Origin: Octopus vulgaris
Taxonomy: Eukaryota
Assembly (NCBI GenBank): GCA_951406725.2
Contig: OX597821.1
Coordinates: 82,150,001-82,214,000, forward strand
DNA length: 64,000 nucleotides
Direction: 5' to 3'
This document shows, in pieces, positions 1-12,945 of this stretch; position 1 is the stretch's first letter; the number at the start of each line of letters is the position of its first letter. The position numbers and the translations under genes are program-made. A model generated the notes under the pieces. The model searched no databases. It was not told where the DNA came from and worked only from the letters and a program-made list of their open reading frames with translations.

Positions 1-899
1 TTGGACTCAGAATGTAAAGATGAATGAAATGCCACTAAATATTTTTCCCGGGGCAGAAACAATTCTGCCAGTTCACCTCCTTGCAAATATTAATTATTAT
101 TATGAAAACTCATTGGAGATATTTAGACTTTTAAAGAAAATTACTCTCAATAAATTGTATGAAGAATGGTTGAGATTATATTCTTTTGCATCTCTCCAAC
201 ACAAATCTTGTGCCTCATCAAATATTCCTGACACTTCAGAAAGAACTTAGTTCCGGAATGATAAATTATTTCATCCGGTCTCACTATTTGCTCACTGACC
301 TCAGCTATATTATATATAATTTCCATATAGAACTACTTAACATTTCTTTATCTGACAAAAAGCATTTCCCAGTGTCTTTTGTATCGTGTTAAAATGGGGG
401 TCATTTTAGGTGTAGTTCACTGTTGTTCTTACATGCACACCTCATTCATTCCTTCTCTCTCTCTCTCTTTCTTTTAATCTTTTATATCAATATTTATATC
501 CATCTCTATTTCTTGTGAACTTTTCACCTTCTTCACAGTCTTTATCAGATTCACTTCTCATTGCATCTTTCCATATTTCTGGTCACTTGACTATTTCAGA
601 ATTCTCTCTGTTACATATAATGGTGGGTTGATCACACTCCTCCACAAAGCTTGAACTGCTCAATTTAATATATACAAACATAAGCTACAATACATGACTC
701 ATAATGAAGCAACATCTACAGAGTTACTGACCCTGACAGAAATGTCAGGCAAATCTGAAAATCATACCTTACTATCTTAAAAAAAAGAAGGAACCTTTAG
801 ATAATGGTTTCTTTTTTGATACCTTTTTTAAAGAGATGTTCTTGTTAAAAAACTTTTGTTTGTAGGGTTTTTTCATTCAAGGTTGACATGTGGCTATGT

Positions 900-1095
900 A
901 GAAAGCACCCTTGGAGTGGTTGACTTTAGGAAGGGCATCCAGTTGTAGAAATCATGCCAAATCAGACTGGAACCTGGTGCAGCTCTCTGGCTTACCAGTT
1001 TTCAGTCAAACCATCCAACCCATGCCAGCATGGAAAGTAGACACTAAATGATGATGATGACGACGACAACGATGATGATAATGATGACGATGACG
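900..1095 (+). mobile_element. SINE with RTE-like 3' end, terminating in (GAT)n
   Basis: GGAGTGGTTG..AGGAAGGGCATCCAG..CCAACCCATGCCAGCATGGAAAG..(ATG)n; the same family recurs more than 10 times in the window. Confidence 0.8.
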
Positions 1096-2730
1096 TGTAT
1101 AAGCTGGTGTGAGCACTGACCAGCTAAATCAACCTGCTGTATCAAGTAGAGAAGGCACTTTGATAAATCCTACAATTTCTAATGGATGTGTGGTAATTAT
1201 TATTGTCTAACTCAGCCCATAATAAGAAAACATGATCAAAAGCATTTCAGCTGTGACCAGCCTAGTTTTTAGGAACTGTGTTATGTGAACCAAATGTGTC
1301 CTTTCTCATTACTAATAGTTAGGGAGTAGTTTGATTTTGGGGTACCAGAAACTTTGAATGAAAGGTGGCAAGGAATTACCTTGTGGTTACCTTTTGCAAT
1401 AGAACTGAAAGTCAACAAGAGCGAGCAGTGAACTAAAACATTTTTGAAAATCTCAAGAGAAACTGAAATAGTACTTATAGAGGGCAACAATGAAATCAAG
1501 GAGAAAGAATAGAATAAAATCAATGTGAACCTCACTCCTTGTATACACACAATCCAAATAACATTTAAGTATAAACGAAAATGTTAATTCTTTCTAATTC
1601 ACAAGGATCTCAATAGTAGGGGCCAACATGGTTTTCTGAAATTTCAAGTGTGTAAGAGAGAAATTTTCTCCTAGATAAGAATTCAGCTTATTGCAGGTAA
1701 TCTCACCAGAGGGGAAAAAGAGAGTCAATTGTACAAGCTAGCAACATATACTGATTAATTCTACTGTATTTTTGCTACTGTCTTCGCAATTAATTATATC
1801 ACCTGTAAACCTCTACATGGTTACTCAACCTGCTAGAAATAACAACCAAATGTCTTTCAAATCAAATTACATTCTATTTTATAAAGGGAAATACAGTACA
1901 CAATGGATAATGGAGTCCTAGATACATTATGACCTAAATTAAGATCATAGATCTGTTCAAATCAATGCTAACCTGGGGATAAACAACACCATTTTGAACT
2001 TGATGTATTTAGCCACTGAGAAATCAATGTCCTCACTAGGACCACAATGAAAGCTGGTCACTAGATACAGAAGGTCGAGTGGTAACATGTAGGCATTCGT
2101 CATAAACTCATTGTTTAATAAGTGTGATGGAATGGCAGAAATGGTAAAATATTGATCAAAATACCACATGGTATTTAGTTACATAAGTCCCTTTTCATTT
2201 CCAGTCCAACTAATTACCTCAGAAATCATGAATCTGTATTTTATGCAAATCACTGCACTCTAAGTTCAAATCTCTCTGAGGTCATCATCAACTCCAATGG
2301 AGTTTGAATCTAAACTATTAACCTTACAACATGTCAGGTTCTGTTGCAATTTTTTTTATTTACTTTAAATTTACAATATTCATTTAGATTTACTATATTT
2401 GATAAATGATAGCATTTATTGGGTATGTATACATATTAACATTGACACACTTTTCCATATCACAGAGAATTTTAGATGCTTAGAGTAAATTAGATCTAAT
2501 GACCAAAATAATTAGGGTAATGTAAAATTAATTAGAAAAGCCTTCCAATGAATAAAGGGGTTGGGAAGGGAATCAAAGAACAGCACCTTTAGCGGAGTCT
2601 GGTTCTACAAACATATGGTAACACTCCACGCCCACCTCTTCAAATATATGTAAAAGATCATCAAAAAAATTAATCCCTTTATTTGACTAAGCCCGGTTGC
2701 AAAGACAAATATTAATAATAAAAATAAAAA

Positions 2731-2797
<67 letters not shown>

Positions 2798-2798
<1 letters not shown>

Positions 2799-3062
2799 TG
2801 TTTCATTCAACATCCTTAAACAACCCTTATTCAAGGACCTTTTGAGCGGGATGGGTTACTCGACCAGAAGAAAATTCTAACTGGGCCCCACCTGCAAGGT
2901 CATGTGCTGTTTATCTTCATATGAGATCACCATGTCGCGCACATATGGTTGTGATGCATGTGCCTGGTGTACCCTTATCAGACGGGTAGTCATGATGGGT
3001 ATACTGGGCTTCGTATATTTTACCCCAGTGTCACTTTGATGTCATGCACTGCTCTCTCACTC
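2798..3062 (+). mobile_element. Probable 3' end of a non-LTR element inserted in (AAT)n
   Basis: 265-bp GC-richer, CpG-retaining block bounded on both sides by (AAT)n arrays (about 2711-2797 and 3063-3185); no meaningful ORF; family assignment is inference. Confidence 0.55.
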
Positions 3063-3142
<80 letters not shown>

Positions 3143-3183
3143 CAACAACAATAATAATAACAACAACAACAATAATTATAATA

Positions 3184-4415
3184 ATGATAACAATGAAGAT
3201 TGCCACAATTGGCCTAAACATCTACCTGAAAAACTCTGATGACTGGATGTTAAAACTTGTCTTAAAGCATGAAAACAAGAAAGCATCTTACTCAGTAACA
3301 AAACAGGCAAAGGAATATCTAAATGAATTTCAAATACAACAAATCCCAGAATTAGATGTACTGGAAACAAGCACAGAAAAAGTTAAATGTATGAAAACCT
3401 GCTAAAACTGCTGTCTTAGATATTCTTACTGATAAATGGCAAGAAAAACCTCTCAATGGCAAATACCCCAAAAGAGCTAATAATATCCATGTTGACAAAG
3501 CCCTTACCCATCAATGGTTAGTGTATTCTGGCTTAAAATCAGAAACAGAAGGGTTTATCATAGCAGCCCAAGATCAATGCCTACCTACAAGGAGCTACCA
3601 GGCCAACATATTAAAGAACTGGAGTAGCTCATGTCGTGTATGTAAACAACAAAATGAAACCATTGATCATGTTGTCTCCATGTGCAGTCTTCTTGTGCCT
3701 ACAAAGTATCTCAACAGGCATGTTAGAGCAGCACAGTATATTCACTGAGTAATTTGCAAATACCTGGACCTACCCCATGATAAAAACTGGTGGGAACACA
3801 AACCACTGCCAGTGCTTGAAAATGATTACATCTCACTCCTATGGAACTTCACCATTCAAACTGACAGAAAGATAGATGCGAATAGGCCAGACATTATATT
3901 GAAAGACTTCAGACAAATCCCATGCTTCCTCATTGATATGACTGTCCCAATCGACATAAATGTATCTGTCAAGACCCACCAAAAACTGAGCAAGTATAAA
4001 GATCTTGAAACAGAAATTGGCAAAATGTGGAACCTGAAGACTAAAACAATACCTGTTGTCATAGGTGCCCTAGGAATGATAGCAAAAGGAGCTGATTGCT
4101 ACATAACTCAGATACCAGGAAACCCCAAAATGGCAGAAATTCAAAAGATAGTGCTCATGGGAACTGCCTATATCCTACGTAAAATGCTGTCTGTGTAATC
4201 TCAAAGTTTAAAACAAACTTAAACTTTTTTTAATGTTTTCTTAAACATTCTCTAGAATAATACTGTGTGCAAAACGATATACATAATACCCTAGGCATAA
4301 CACCAACTTGAACTTCTAACTTGTCTCTTGAGGTCTCTGGATGAGACTTAGAGTCAACTTGTACAAATACAAAGCAAAAGTCAAACATATAATAATAATA
4401 ATAATAATAATAATA
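3184..4415 (+). mobile_element. 5'-truncated R4/Dong-clade non-LTR retrotransposon with restriction-like endonuclease; disrupted by stops and frameshifts
   Basis: ORFs 3521-3748 and 3812-4198 give LKSETEGFIIAAQDQ, a CCHC finger (CRVC..ETIDHVVSMC), RH, RPDIIL..LIDMTVP, KLSKYKDL and PVVIGALG; the 3' UTR ends in (AAT)n at about 4390 and the 5' side abuts (AAT)n. Confidence 0.9.
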
Positions 4416-5199
4416 AAGAGACATCAAACTTTGTTTCTCATTTAGAGGCTTAATGAAGGAAGTTTAAATACATTGAGAGTCTAATGAAAATGTTTATTTT
4501 AAAAAATACAACACCTGGAAAAAGATTTTATTAATTAGTCTGAGGGGAGAAAGAGAAAGCAGAAGCTGCCTCAAAGGCTCCATGGGGTCTCTCCTGAATA
4601 GATAGGGTGGTACTACTATTATGGGAGGTTGATGGTGGTTATTTCTCCTTAGTCTGAAATGCCGATGTGAACAAGTATGGGGTTACTGAAGGATATAGTT
4701 GTCTTGAGGAAAAGCATAGAGAAACTTGTTTAAGAGGAGGTGATGGATGCGTAATGTAATATGAGATCTTATATAGATGACAAAAACAACAGAAGTGGGT
4801 GAGTTGGGTTATTTTAAGTAGGAGGAAGTATGCCAGATTCCAGGAGAGCAGAAGTTGATAAGAAATGGTAGCAGAGAATAAAGGAAGAAGCTGCTTAAGT
4901 GTGAGTGAGTAATAAGTGTTTGGAATGTTTGATGATGCTTCTAAGTAAGATTAAGATGAGATTTAAGTGCTAGGGTGTCACCCAAGATAGCTTATGTGGT
5001 AGATCCAATCTGTCGCTCAGTTAAACAATACCACCAGACCACTGAGCGCCTTTTGTGAAGGTCGCTTTGTTGTAAGCATTTAAGCAATTTATCTTGTCTG
5101 AGAATAACATTCTCTCTTCTACCAAATACTCTCAGAGTTGTGGGGGGCTGCCTTTCTACCTCTGGTTAAACCACTTTTTAGATAAATAACATAATATAG

Positions 5200-5500
5200 A
5201 TACAGGCATGTCTGTGTGGTAAGCTTGTTTTGCAACCATGTGGTTTTGAGTTCAGTACCACTACACAGCACCTTGGGCAAGTGTCCTCTACTGTGCCTTG
5301 TAAGTGAATTTGGTAGGTAGAAACTGTGTGGAAGCCTGATGTAGATATGTAAATATGTGTGCATCTCTTGGTTTTTGTGTTGCTCCCACACAAATGGTGT
5401 TGGTTTGTTTATATCGGGGTTGATTTGTTCAACTAAACTCTACAAGGCAATGACACTGTATGGCTGCAGTATAATGAATGAGACAAATAAAAGATAAAAG
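5200..5500 (+). mobile_element. tRNA-headed SINE (family A), diverged
   Basis: GCATG(G)CTGTGTGGTAAG..GTTCAGT..CACCTTGGGCAAGTGTC head and a AAAGATAAAAGAT tail. Confidence 0.75.
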
Positions 5501-5636
5501 ATATAATATAATTGCGAAACCAATTAACCAGTAAAGAGATAATAATGTCCATTCTATCACAAGAGCAGCAGCTCTCTGTGTATAACTACTAAGACATTTA
5601 AATCTCATTCAATTACCATTCCTTCAAAGCTGTAAT

Positions 5637-6252
5637 CAGTGGTTCTCAATCATTTTTTATCTATGGAGCCCTTTGATTACTATTCTAGTCTGGTAGACCC
5701 CCCATAGCCATTCAATGTTTAAAATTTATTTTTATAGATTCTTCTTTCAAATTTCCTGTTTTGTTTTTCATACATTAATTTGTAATCAACATCAAAATAA
5801 AAATCAAATAGAAATTGTAGTTGTGATACCCGTACCGGTGGCACGTAAAAAGCACCACCCGAACATGGCCGATGCCATTGCCACCTTGATTGGCTTCTGT
5901 GCCGGTGGCATGTAAAAAGCAGCCACTACACTCATGGAGTGGTTGGCGTTAGGAAGGGCATCCAGCTGTAGAAACACTGCCAGATCAGAATGGAGCCTGG
6001 TGCAGCCTCCTGGCTTCCCAGACCCCAATTGAACTGTCCAACCCATGCTAGCATGGAAAGCGGACATTAAACGATCATGATAATGATTATGATGATGAAC
6101 TATGTAAACCATTTGAGAAAGAAATTTTGCTGTTTCTTGCATTAACTACATCCAAAACAAATTTTTTTCATGGACCCTTAATATACTACTGTGGGTCCCA
6201 GTTTACTATTTTGTTTGCGAGGACCCCTGAAAGTCCTGGTTGAGAACCACAG
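5637..6252. mobile_element. hAT-type MITE containing a nested RTE-tailed SINE (about 5800-6097)
   Basis: TIRs CAGTGGTTCTCAA / TTGAGAACCACAG; near-duplicated flanks ctgtaat / ctgtaaat. Confidence 0.65.
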
Positions 6253-6379
6253 CTGTAAATAGACAGTACAAGGTGGAATGACTCATCACTGTAGGCAGTG
6301 GCAGCACTGTAAATCTGATGAGAGTTTTGTATCTTACACAGTTAAGTTCATACCATCCCATGGAATCAGGCCATGATAG

Positions 6380-6840
6380 AAGCACTGACAATATGGTTCT
6401 ATATCCAGCTACATGTATGCAGAGGTTTAGTAACCAACTTGAATGCATGTGCAGTAAGGAGGTTACATACACTGGAGAAAAAAGTTGTAGGTAGAAACCT
6501 TCAGAGAGCAAACATTTTGGTGGGGAGGAAGGCAATGTGTGAGGTTACAATATTTACTTTTACTTTATAAGTGTAAGGAAGATACAAGCAAGAAGGATGG
6601 TAAAGAGGAAAATAGAAAGAAGAGAACAGATTGCACAATGTTTAGTGCATGGTCCCAGGAGGGAAAGTGTAGGTAGCTTGTTATGAAAAGCAAAAGCAAA
6701 TTCTGGTGGTGAGTAGTTTTTTTGGGATTGAGCCAGCTAATCTAGATGGGTGGGTGTGGAGGTGATAGGTGGTGTAATTATGATAGAAGAGACAGATGGA
6801 ATAGGTAACTTGAAAGTAAGTCAAAACACTGAATGCTGTC
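6380..6840 (-). mobile_element. Highly decayed L2/CR1-type LINE 3' fragment
   Basis: Minus strand only loosely resembles an RT C-terminus; many stops. Confidence 0.3.
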
Positions 6841-6952
6841 ATCAAGGATTTGCTAGTAAACTGGATTGCCTCATATATATATATATATATATATTAGGTC
6901 CGGTGTGGAACCACAGTTGTATCCATGAGGTAAAATATTTATTATATATATT

Positions 6953-7021
<69 letters not shown>

Positions 7022-7085
7022 CATATACATATATACATATATATACATATATATACATATATATATACATATATATACATATATA

Positions 7086-7470
7086 GGCACAGGCATGGCT
7101 GTGTGGTAAGTTTGTTTCCCAACCACACAGAGCCAGGTAGAGTCTCACTTCGGGGTACCTTTGGCCGGTGTGTTCTACAGTAGCCCTGGGCTTACCAAAC
7201 CCTTGTGAATGGATTTGGTAGATGGAAACTGAAGCCCATCATCTATATATTTGTGGCTTTGTATTAGTCTACTACCATCGCTTGAAAACCGTTGTTGGTT
7301 TGTTTACATTACCTTTTACTTAGCAGTTCAGTTAAAAGAGACTGATAGAACCAGTACCAAGCTTAAAACTATTGACCCCAGTATTACTGGGCTCAATTTA
7401 TTCAACTAAACCCTTCAAGGTGGTGGAACCCAGCATAGCCACAGTCTAGTGGTTGAAACAAGTAAAAGAT
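7086..7470 (+). mobile_element. SINE family A
   Basis: GGCACAGGCATGGCTGTGTGGTAAG head through a GAAACAAGTAAAAGAT tail. Confidence 0.8.
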
Positions 7471-8084
7471 AGATTATATATATGTTGTATGAGGAATCTG
7501 TACACCCTCGCGATTGGCTAAGTGAACAATACCAGTCAGTATAAAAGAGCAAGCAGAGAACAGTCTGAGAAGAGTGTCATATGTGCAGTCATCTAGTGTA
7601 CAGGCTGCAGGAATTATTGAATAAAGATATCGTGGAGTGCTTGTTGAAGATACACAGTTGGAGAGTAATAAGAGAACATCAGGAATGTTTAATATTATAA
7701 CAGTTCAGATATAACAGTGACGATGAGAAGTCGTACATCAATATATATATATTATATCTGGATCACCCCATACATGTGTGTGTGTGTTTATACATGTGTT
7801 TGTTGTAGTTGTTGTTTAGGATTAATCCATCTTTGATCAATCAGACAACCAGCTATGATTATCCTTGCATTTTATCACATGCACAGAGCTCAGGACCACA
7901 CTACATTATATATATTCCCCCACCCCCTTTTTTAAGGAAGTAGAGTATGATTTAAGAAAATATTTTGGCTGCTATTTCCGGTAAATCGACCAACTACATG
8001 GGTGTTCCCTCATTAGCAACTCAAGTTGTACAACAGGTGATGAAAGAAGGGTTTTACCTTATAATGCAACTGAGGCACAAATAT

Positions 8085-8290
8085 GTTTCAAATTTTGGCA
8101 CAAGGCCAGCAATTTCAAAGTAGAGGGTAAACTGGTAAAATTAACCCCAGTGCTCTACTGGTACCTATTTTATCAACTTCAAAAGGATGAAAGGCAAAGT
8201 TGACCTTGGAATTTGAACACAGAATGTAAAGACAAATGAAACACTAAGCTTTTTGCCCAGCATAGCAACAATTCTGCAAGCTTGCTGCCC
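8085..8290 (-). mobile_element. tRNA-headed SINE family C; other copies at about 1-80, 8935-9225, 13810-14030, 35900-36055 and 60630-60780
   Basis: Plus strand reads GGCACAAGGCCAGCAATTT..ACCCCAGTG..CTGGTAC..GGATGAAAGGCAAAGTTGACCT..ATTTGAAC..CAGAATGTAAAG. Confidence 0.75.
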
Positions 8291-8325
8291 TTCTGATTGC
8301 ACGAGTGTAACTCTTAACCCATATT

Positions 8326-8705
8326 CTTTTATTCTTTTATTTGTTTCAGTCATTTGACTGCGGCCATGCTGGAGCACCGCCTTTAGTCGAGCAAATCAAC
8401 CCCAGGACTTATTCTTTTTAAGCCTAGTACTTATTCTATCGGTCTCTTTTGCTGAAGCACTAAGTCACGGGGACGTAAACACATCAGCATCGGTTGTCAA
8501 ACGATGTTGGCAGGGGAACAAACACAGACACACAAACGTATATATACATATATTCGACAGGCTTCTTTCAGTTTCTGTCTATCAAATCCACTCACAAGGC
8601 TTTGGTGGGCCCGAGGCTATAGAAGAAGACACATGCCCAAAGTGCCACGCAGAGGGACTGAACCCAAAACTATGTGGTTGGTAAGCAATCTACTTACCAC
8701 ACAAT
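8326..8705 (-). mobile_element. SINE family A, full length
   Basis: TTGTTTCAGTCATTTGACTGCGGCCATGCTGGAGCACCGCC...ACTTACCACAC; closely matches the copies at 16820, 41017 and 59670. Confidence 0.9.
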
Positions 8706-9714
8706 GCCCATAAAAAAATGAAGTCTTCACTGTATTTAGATCAAACATTATGGTAAGAGAAGGACAGTATGCAACTGTTAGCTACGGGTGTTGACTTCTT
8801 ACTGGACATTTTGTATGCTCTGTCAGATACTTCCCAGCGAGTTCATGTCCAAACAAGTAGAAGCGGGTTTTACCTTGCAAAAACGTAACCAGAGGTATAT
8901 ATATGGGTTATTATCAATATCCTGTATATCGCTTTCAAATTTTGGCACAAAACCAGCAATTTTAAGGAAGAGGGTAAGCTGAGAAAATGAACGCCAATGC
9001 TCGACTGGTACTTATTTTATAAACTTTGAAAGGATAAAATATATTGCTTTCAAATTTTGGCACAAGGCCAGCAATTTCAGGGGTGGGACTAGGTCAGTTA
9101 CATCAACCCCAGTGCTCAACTCATACTTATTTCATTGACTCTGAAAAGTTGAGAAGCAAAGTTGACCTCAGATGGATGAAATGTCAGTAAACCTTTTGTC
9201 CAGTCGTTCTGTCAGCTGGTTACCTTACTGATGGCACAAATATAAACTCTTAATTATCAATATCCTGCATATTGATAGATGTCTTAAAATTGATCACCAT
9301 GAAAACTGGTGATCAATTACAGAATTAACCAATATCTCGTTATTGTTCATGTACATTTGGAAACATGGAGAACAGCCATTTACCTACATTCTTACACAGA
9401 TACTTGTAAACCTGTATTGAGAAACATGAAGGCATGGAAATGGACACACATAAATATGTAAAACTATCTTTCTCTACCAGCTCCACATGTTTGTGTGTGT
9501 ATGTGTGTGTGTGGACGTGTGCATCAGTAGATATGTGTATATATGTACATACTTACATACATGCATACATATATTCCTTCCAGCATATTCATCTACTTAC
9601 CTACACACACACACACACACACATTTGGAGTATTCTGGTTTGATGTTCATAATACTTGACCATTATGGAAGAACTTGTGGTTGAACACCAAGTAATCACA
9701 GGGTAAAAAAATAC

Positions 9715-10255
9715 AGAGTGCTATTAATTCTACTTGCAACATAGGAATTCTCACTTGATGAGAAGAAAAGGAGATTGTATGATGCACACATATGAAGAAT
9801 TATGTCATATGGTAGTGAAACATAGGCATCGAACTCAGAGGATATTGAAAGGGTGGAGAGAAGTGAGACCAGCATGATTAACTGGATGTGTAATGTCAGT
9901 GTGTATGAATGATGGAGTACGGTTGAGCTGAGAGTAAAGCTGAATGTAGGAAGAATCAGTTGTGGTGTGCAAGAGATGAGGCAGTACAGGTATGGGACAT
10001 GGGATTCACGTGATGGATGACATTTGGATAAAGAATTAATAAGAAATCCAAGGGAATGGAGGCCGTAGAAGAGGAAGACTGAGGAAGACATGAACAGAAT
10101 TGGTGAATGCTAAATGAATGATGTCAAGAAGTGGGATCTCACACAGGATATGACAAGGGATTGTGGGAAGGGTAGAGATGCACTGGATGTGTCCAGTTCA
10201 ACCCCATCAGACGTAGAAAAACAAATGGATGGTGATGATGGTGATGATGGTGGTG
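9715..10255 (+). mobile_element. RTE-clade LINE 3' fragment, decayed
   Basis: Translates in pieces to LLILLAT..RRLYDA..MSYGSET.A..RVERSETSMINWMCNVS..RPRKT; ends in (GAT/GGT)n. Confidence 0.75.
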
Positions 10256-10627
10256 ATAGATTCTATTTTGCTCTTTTGTTTTTTTAACAGTCTCAGTCAT
10301 CAGACTGTGCCCATGCTGGGGCACATCTTTCAAAGGTGAATTCAATCACATTGACTCACACTGCAGTACTTACTATATCAATCTTTATTGTCAGACTGCT
10401 ATGTTATGGGATAAAATATGGACACAACATAAACAAATCCAGTTGAGACACAAGCATATGAGAAATTAGGACGAAACACAAGTGTACCTCATTTAATCCC
10501 TATACACAGTTCACTGTTGTGGTTATTTGCATCCTCTGCTTTGGATGTTCCAAATGCAATTAGATGCTAAACCATAACAGAATATCAGGGCAATGTCTCA
10601 TTGCATCATGTTACACAGATAAAATGT

Positions 10628-10676
<49 letters not shown>

Positions 10677-10839
10677 GACGGGTTTCTTTTCAGTTTCCGT
10701 CTACCAAATCCACTTACAAAGCTTTGGTTGGCCTGAGGCTATAGTAGAAGACACTTGCCCAAAGGTGCTACACAGTAGGACTGAACCCGGAACTATGTAG
10801 TTAGGAAGCAAGTTTCTTACCATACAGCCACTCCTGCAC

Positions 10840-10883
<44 letters not shown>

Positions 10884-10889
<6 letters not shown>

Positions 10890-10957
10890 ATACACCTGCT
10901 TGCTGTTCCTTCACCTGTCTCTGTCTTTCGTGTTTTGTAAATTTGAACTATACACAC

Positions 10958-10989
<32 letters not shown>

Positions 10990-11235
10990 GTATATATATA
11001 TATATATCTATATATATATATATACGTACGTCTATATATATATATATGTATGGTTCAAATTTACAGAAAGCAAAATACAAAGACAGGTGAGAGAAGAACA
11101 AGCAGGTGTATTAGTTTGACACTTGGGAAGAATGGAAAAGTCTTTGATGTTTTGAGCCTACACTCTTCAACAGAAAGGGTGGAGAGGGAACGAAAAAAAA
11201 AACAGAGAAAAACAATGTGTAGGGATTAATGGTTC
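10884..11235. mobile_element. Inverted pair of Penelope-like pseudo-LTR fragments around (TA)n
   Basis: 10884-10950 is a diverged reverse complement of 11051-11117; a degenerate hammerhead-like core lies at 11145-11173 on the minus strand. Confidence 0.55.
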
Positions 11236-11699
11236 TACATGATACGTATATATATAAATATATATATATAATGTTGACAGGGTTAAACTCCAAGCTGTGT
11301 TCTCTGGAAGTACATCTGTTTATTCCAGTATTACAGTTCAATATGTAGTTGTTATATTTATGTGAGTTATGCATAAGAGTTAAAAATACTGTGAAATATT
11401 TTTTGTTGAGTAATATCAGGAGATTGTACAATAATACCAAATAATTTTCCAGTCCCCTTTTTTGATATAAATATGTGTGTGTGTGTATGTGTGTGTGTAT
11501 GTGTTTGTATAACTAAGTCATTTAAAAATCTGTAAGTCAGGAAAAAGATGCACTTCACCCTGATAAATGTAGGGTTATATAATCAGATTGTTACCTAACA
11601 CTCCTTTGTAATCATAGCATGAAACCTATTGGTAAAGTCAGCCATGATGGATGTATAATACTGTACACTTTGGTTTGGATAATATATATATATATATAT

Positions 11700-11928
11700 A
11701 TACGATGCCGGACCTCCCCTGGCACCTGTGCAGGTGGCACGTAAAAAGCACCCACTACACTCGCGGAGTGGTTGGCGTTTGGAAGGGCATCCAGCTGTAG
11801 AAACTCTGCCAGATCAGACTGGAGCCTGGTGCAGCCCCTGGCTTCCCAGACCCCGGTCGAACCGTCCAACTCGTGCTAGCGCGGAAAACAGATGTTAAAC
11901 GATGATGATGATGATGATGATGATGATG

Positions 11929-11930
<2 letters not shown>
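11700..11930 (+). mobile_element. RTE-tailed SINE, young copy
   Basis: GGCACGTAAAAAGCACCCACTACACTCGCGGAGTGGTTGGCG..GTTAAACGATGATGATG. Confidence 0.85.
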
Positions 11931-11959
<29 letters not shown>

Positions 11960-12738
11960 ATATATATGGACTTCTACACAGATTTTGTCTATTAACTCAC
12001 TCATAAAATATTCAAAATACTGTTAATTTGAGATTCAAGTAGAAGATACTAAATTGTGTCATGTAGGAAGATCAAGTCTAGAGCCTCAGAGTAATGCCTA
12101 TGCACAGATGCGTGCCTGTAGTGTGTGTGTAGTGTGTGTGTGTGTGTGTGTGTGTAAGTGTGTGTGTGTTTTCAGGAAGGAAATTTATTTTGGTAATGAA
12201 ATTATTAAAAAAAGCATTAAGAAAACATTATAATACATATCAAAAGTGTCAGAGGTCAGAAGTCAGAGGTCAGAGATGCTTGAGATATAGGAAAAGGAAA
12301 CATTCAACAAATTATTGGCTGTTTGAACGAAAACAGCTTTACTTGAAATATTTTATGAGTTGTAGTTGTTGTTGTTGCTGTTGTTGTTGTTGTTGTTGCT
12401 GTCGTTGTTGTCGTTGTTATTGTCATCATCGTCGGTGTTGTTGTTTAACCCCAGGTCAGCTCTTGTAGAGCAAACCTATGATTAATGGCATTCCGGCAAA
12501 GACCGTGCCATCCTACTTTCAAGAACTGTGTATCATGGTCTTATATTATGCATCCTTTCCTTTCAAGATGCTAAAGAATAGTTTGGCTGCTATTTCCTGT
12601 AGATCAATAAGCAGAATGCTTTGTAGTTATGGTTATGTTATGTCACTGTATGTCCTGGGTTCAAATCTCACCAGGGTTTGACTATGCTTTTTATCTAGCC
12701 AGAGGGTTGATAAAACAAAACATCAAACACAAAATCTA

Positions 12739-12945
12739 TTTAACCCTTTGACATTCAAACTGGTTATATCCTACTCGTTGTATTCAAACCAGCCAGATCA
12801 AACCTCTCACACCTACCCTACAATGTCATTCTAAGAATAAACAATCATTGAAATCTTGTAGCTAGGAGATAAAGCATGATTAATTCAGAATGATGTGAAT
12901 AAATAAGCATTACATTTGACAGAATAATGTGAAAGCTAAAAGTTT
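12739..12945. mobile_element. piggyBac-like MITE, decayed
   Basis: Starts TTAACCCTTTGACATTC; ends GAAAGCTAAAAGTTTG, a degenerate inverted end. Confidence 0.45.

Noticed and set aside
1281-1560. Possible RTE endonuclease remnant or exon
   Set aside because: Only faint motif similarity and multiple stops; cannot be supported by eye
8800-8880. Possible downstream minus-strand exon (GKTRFYLFGHELAGKYLTEH)
   Set aside because: Weak acceptor, phase does not match the phase-0 donor at 20372, and no recognisable homology
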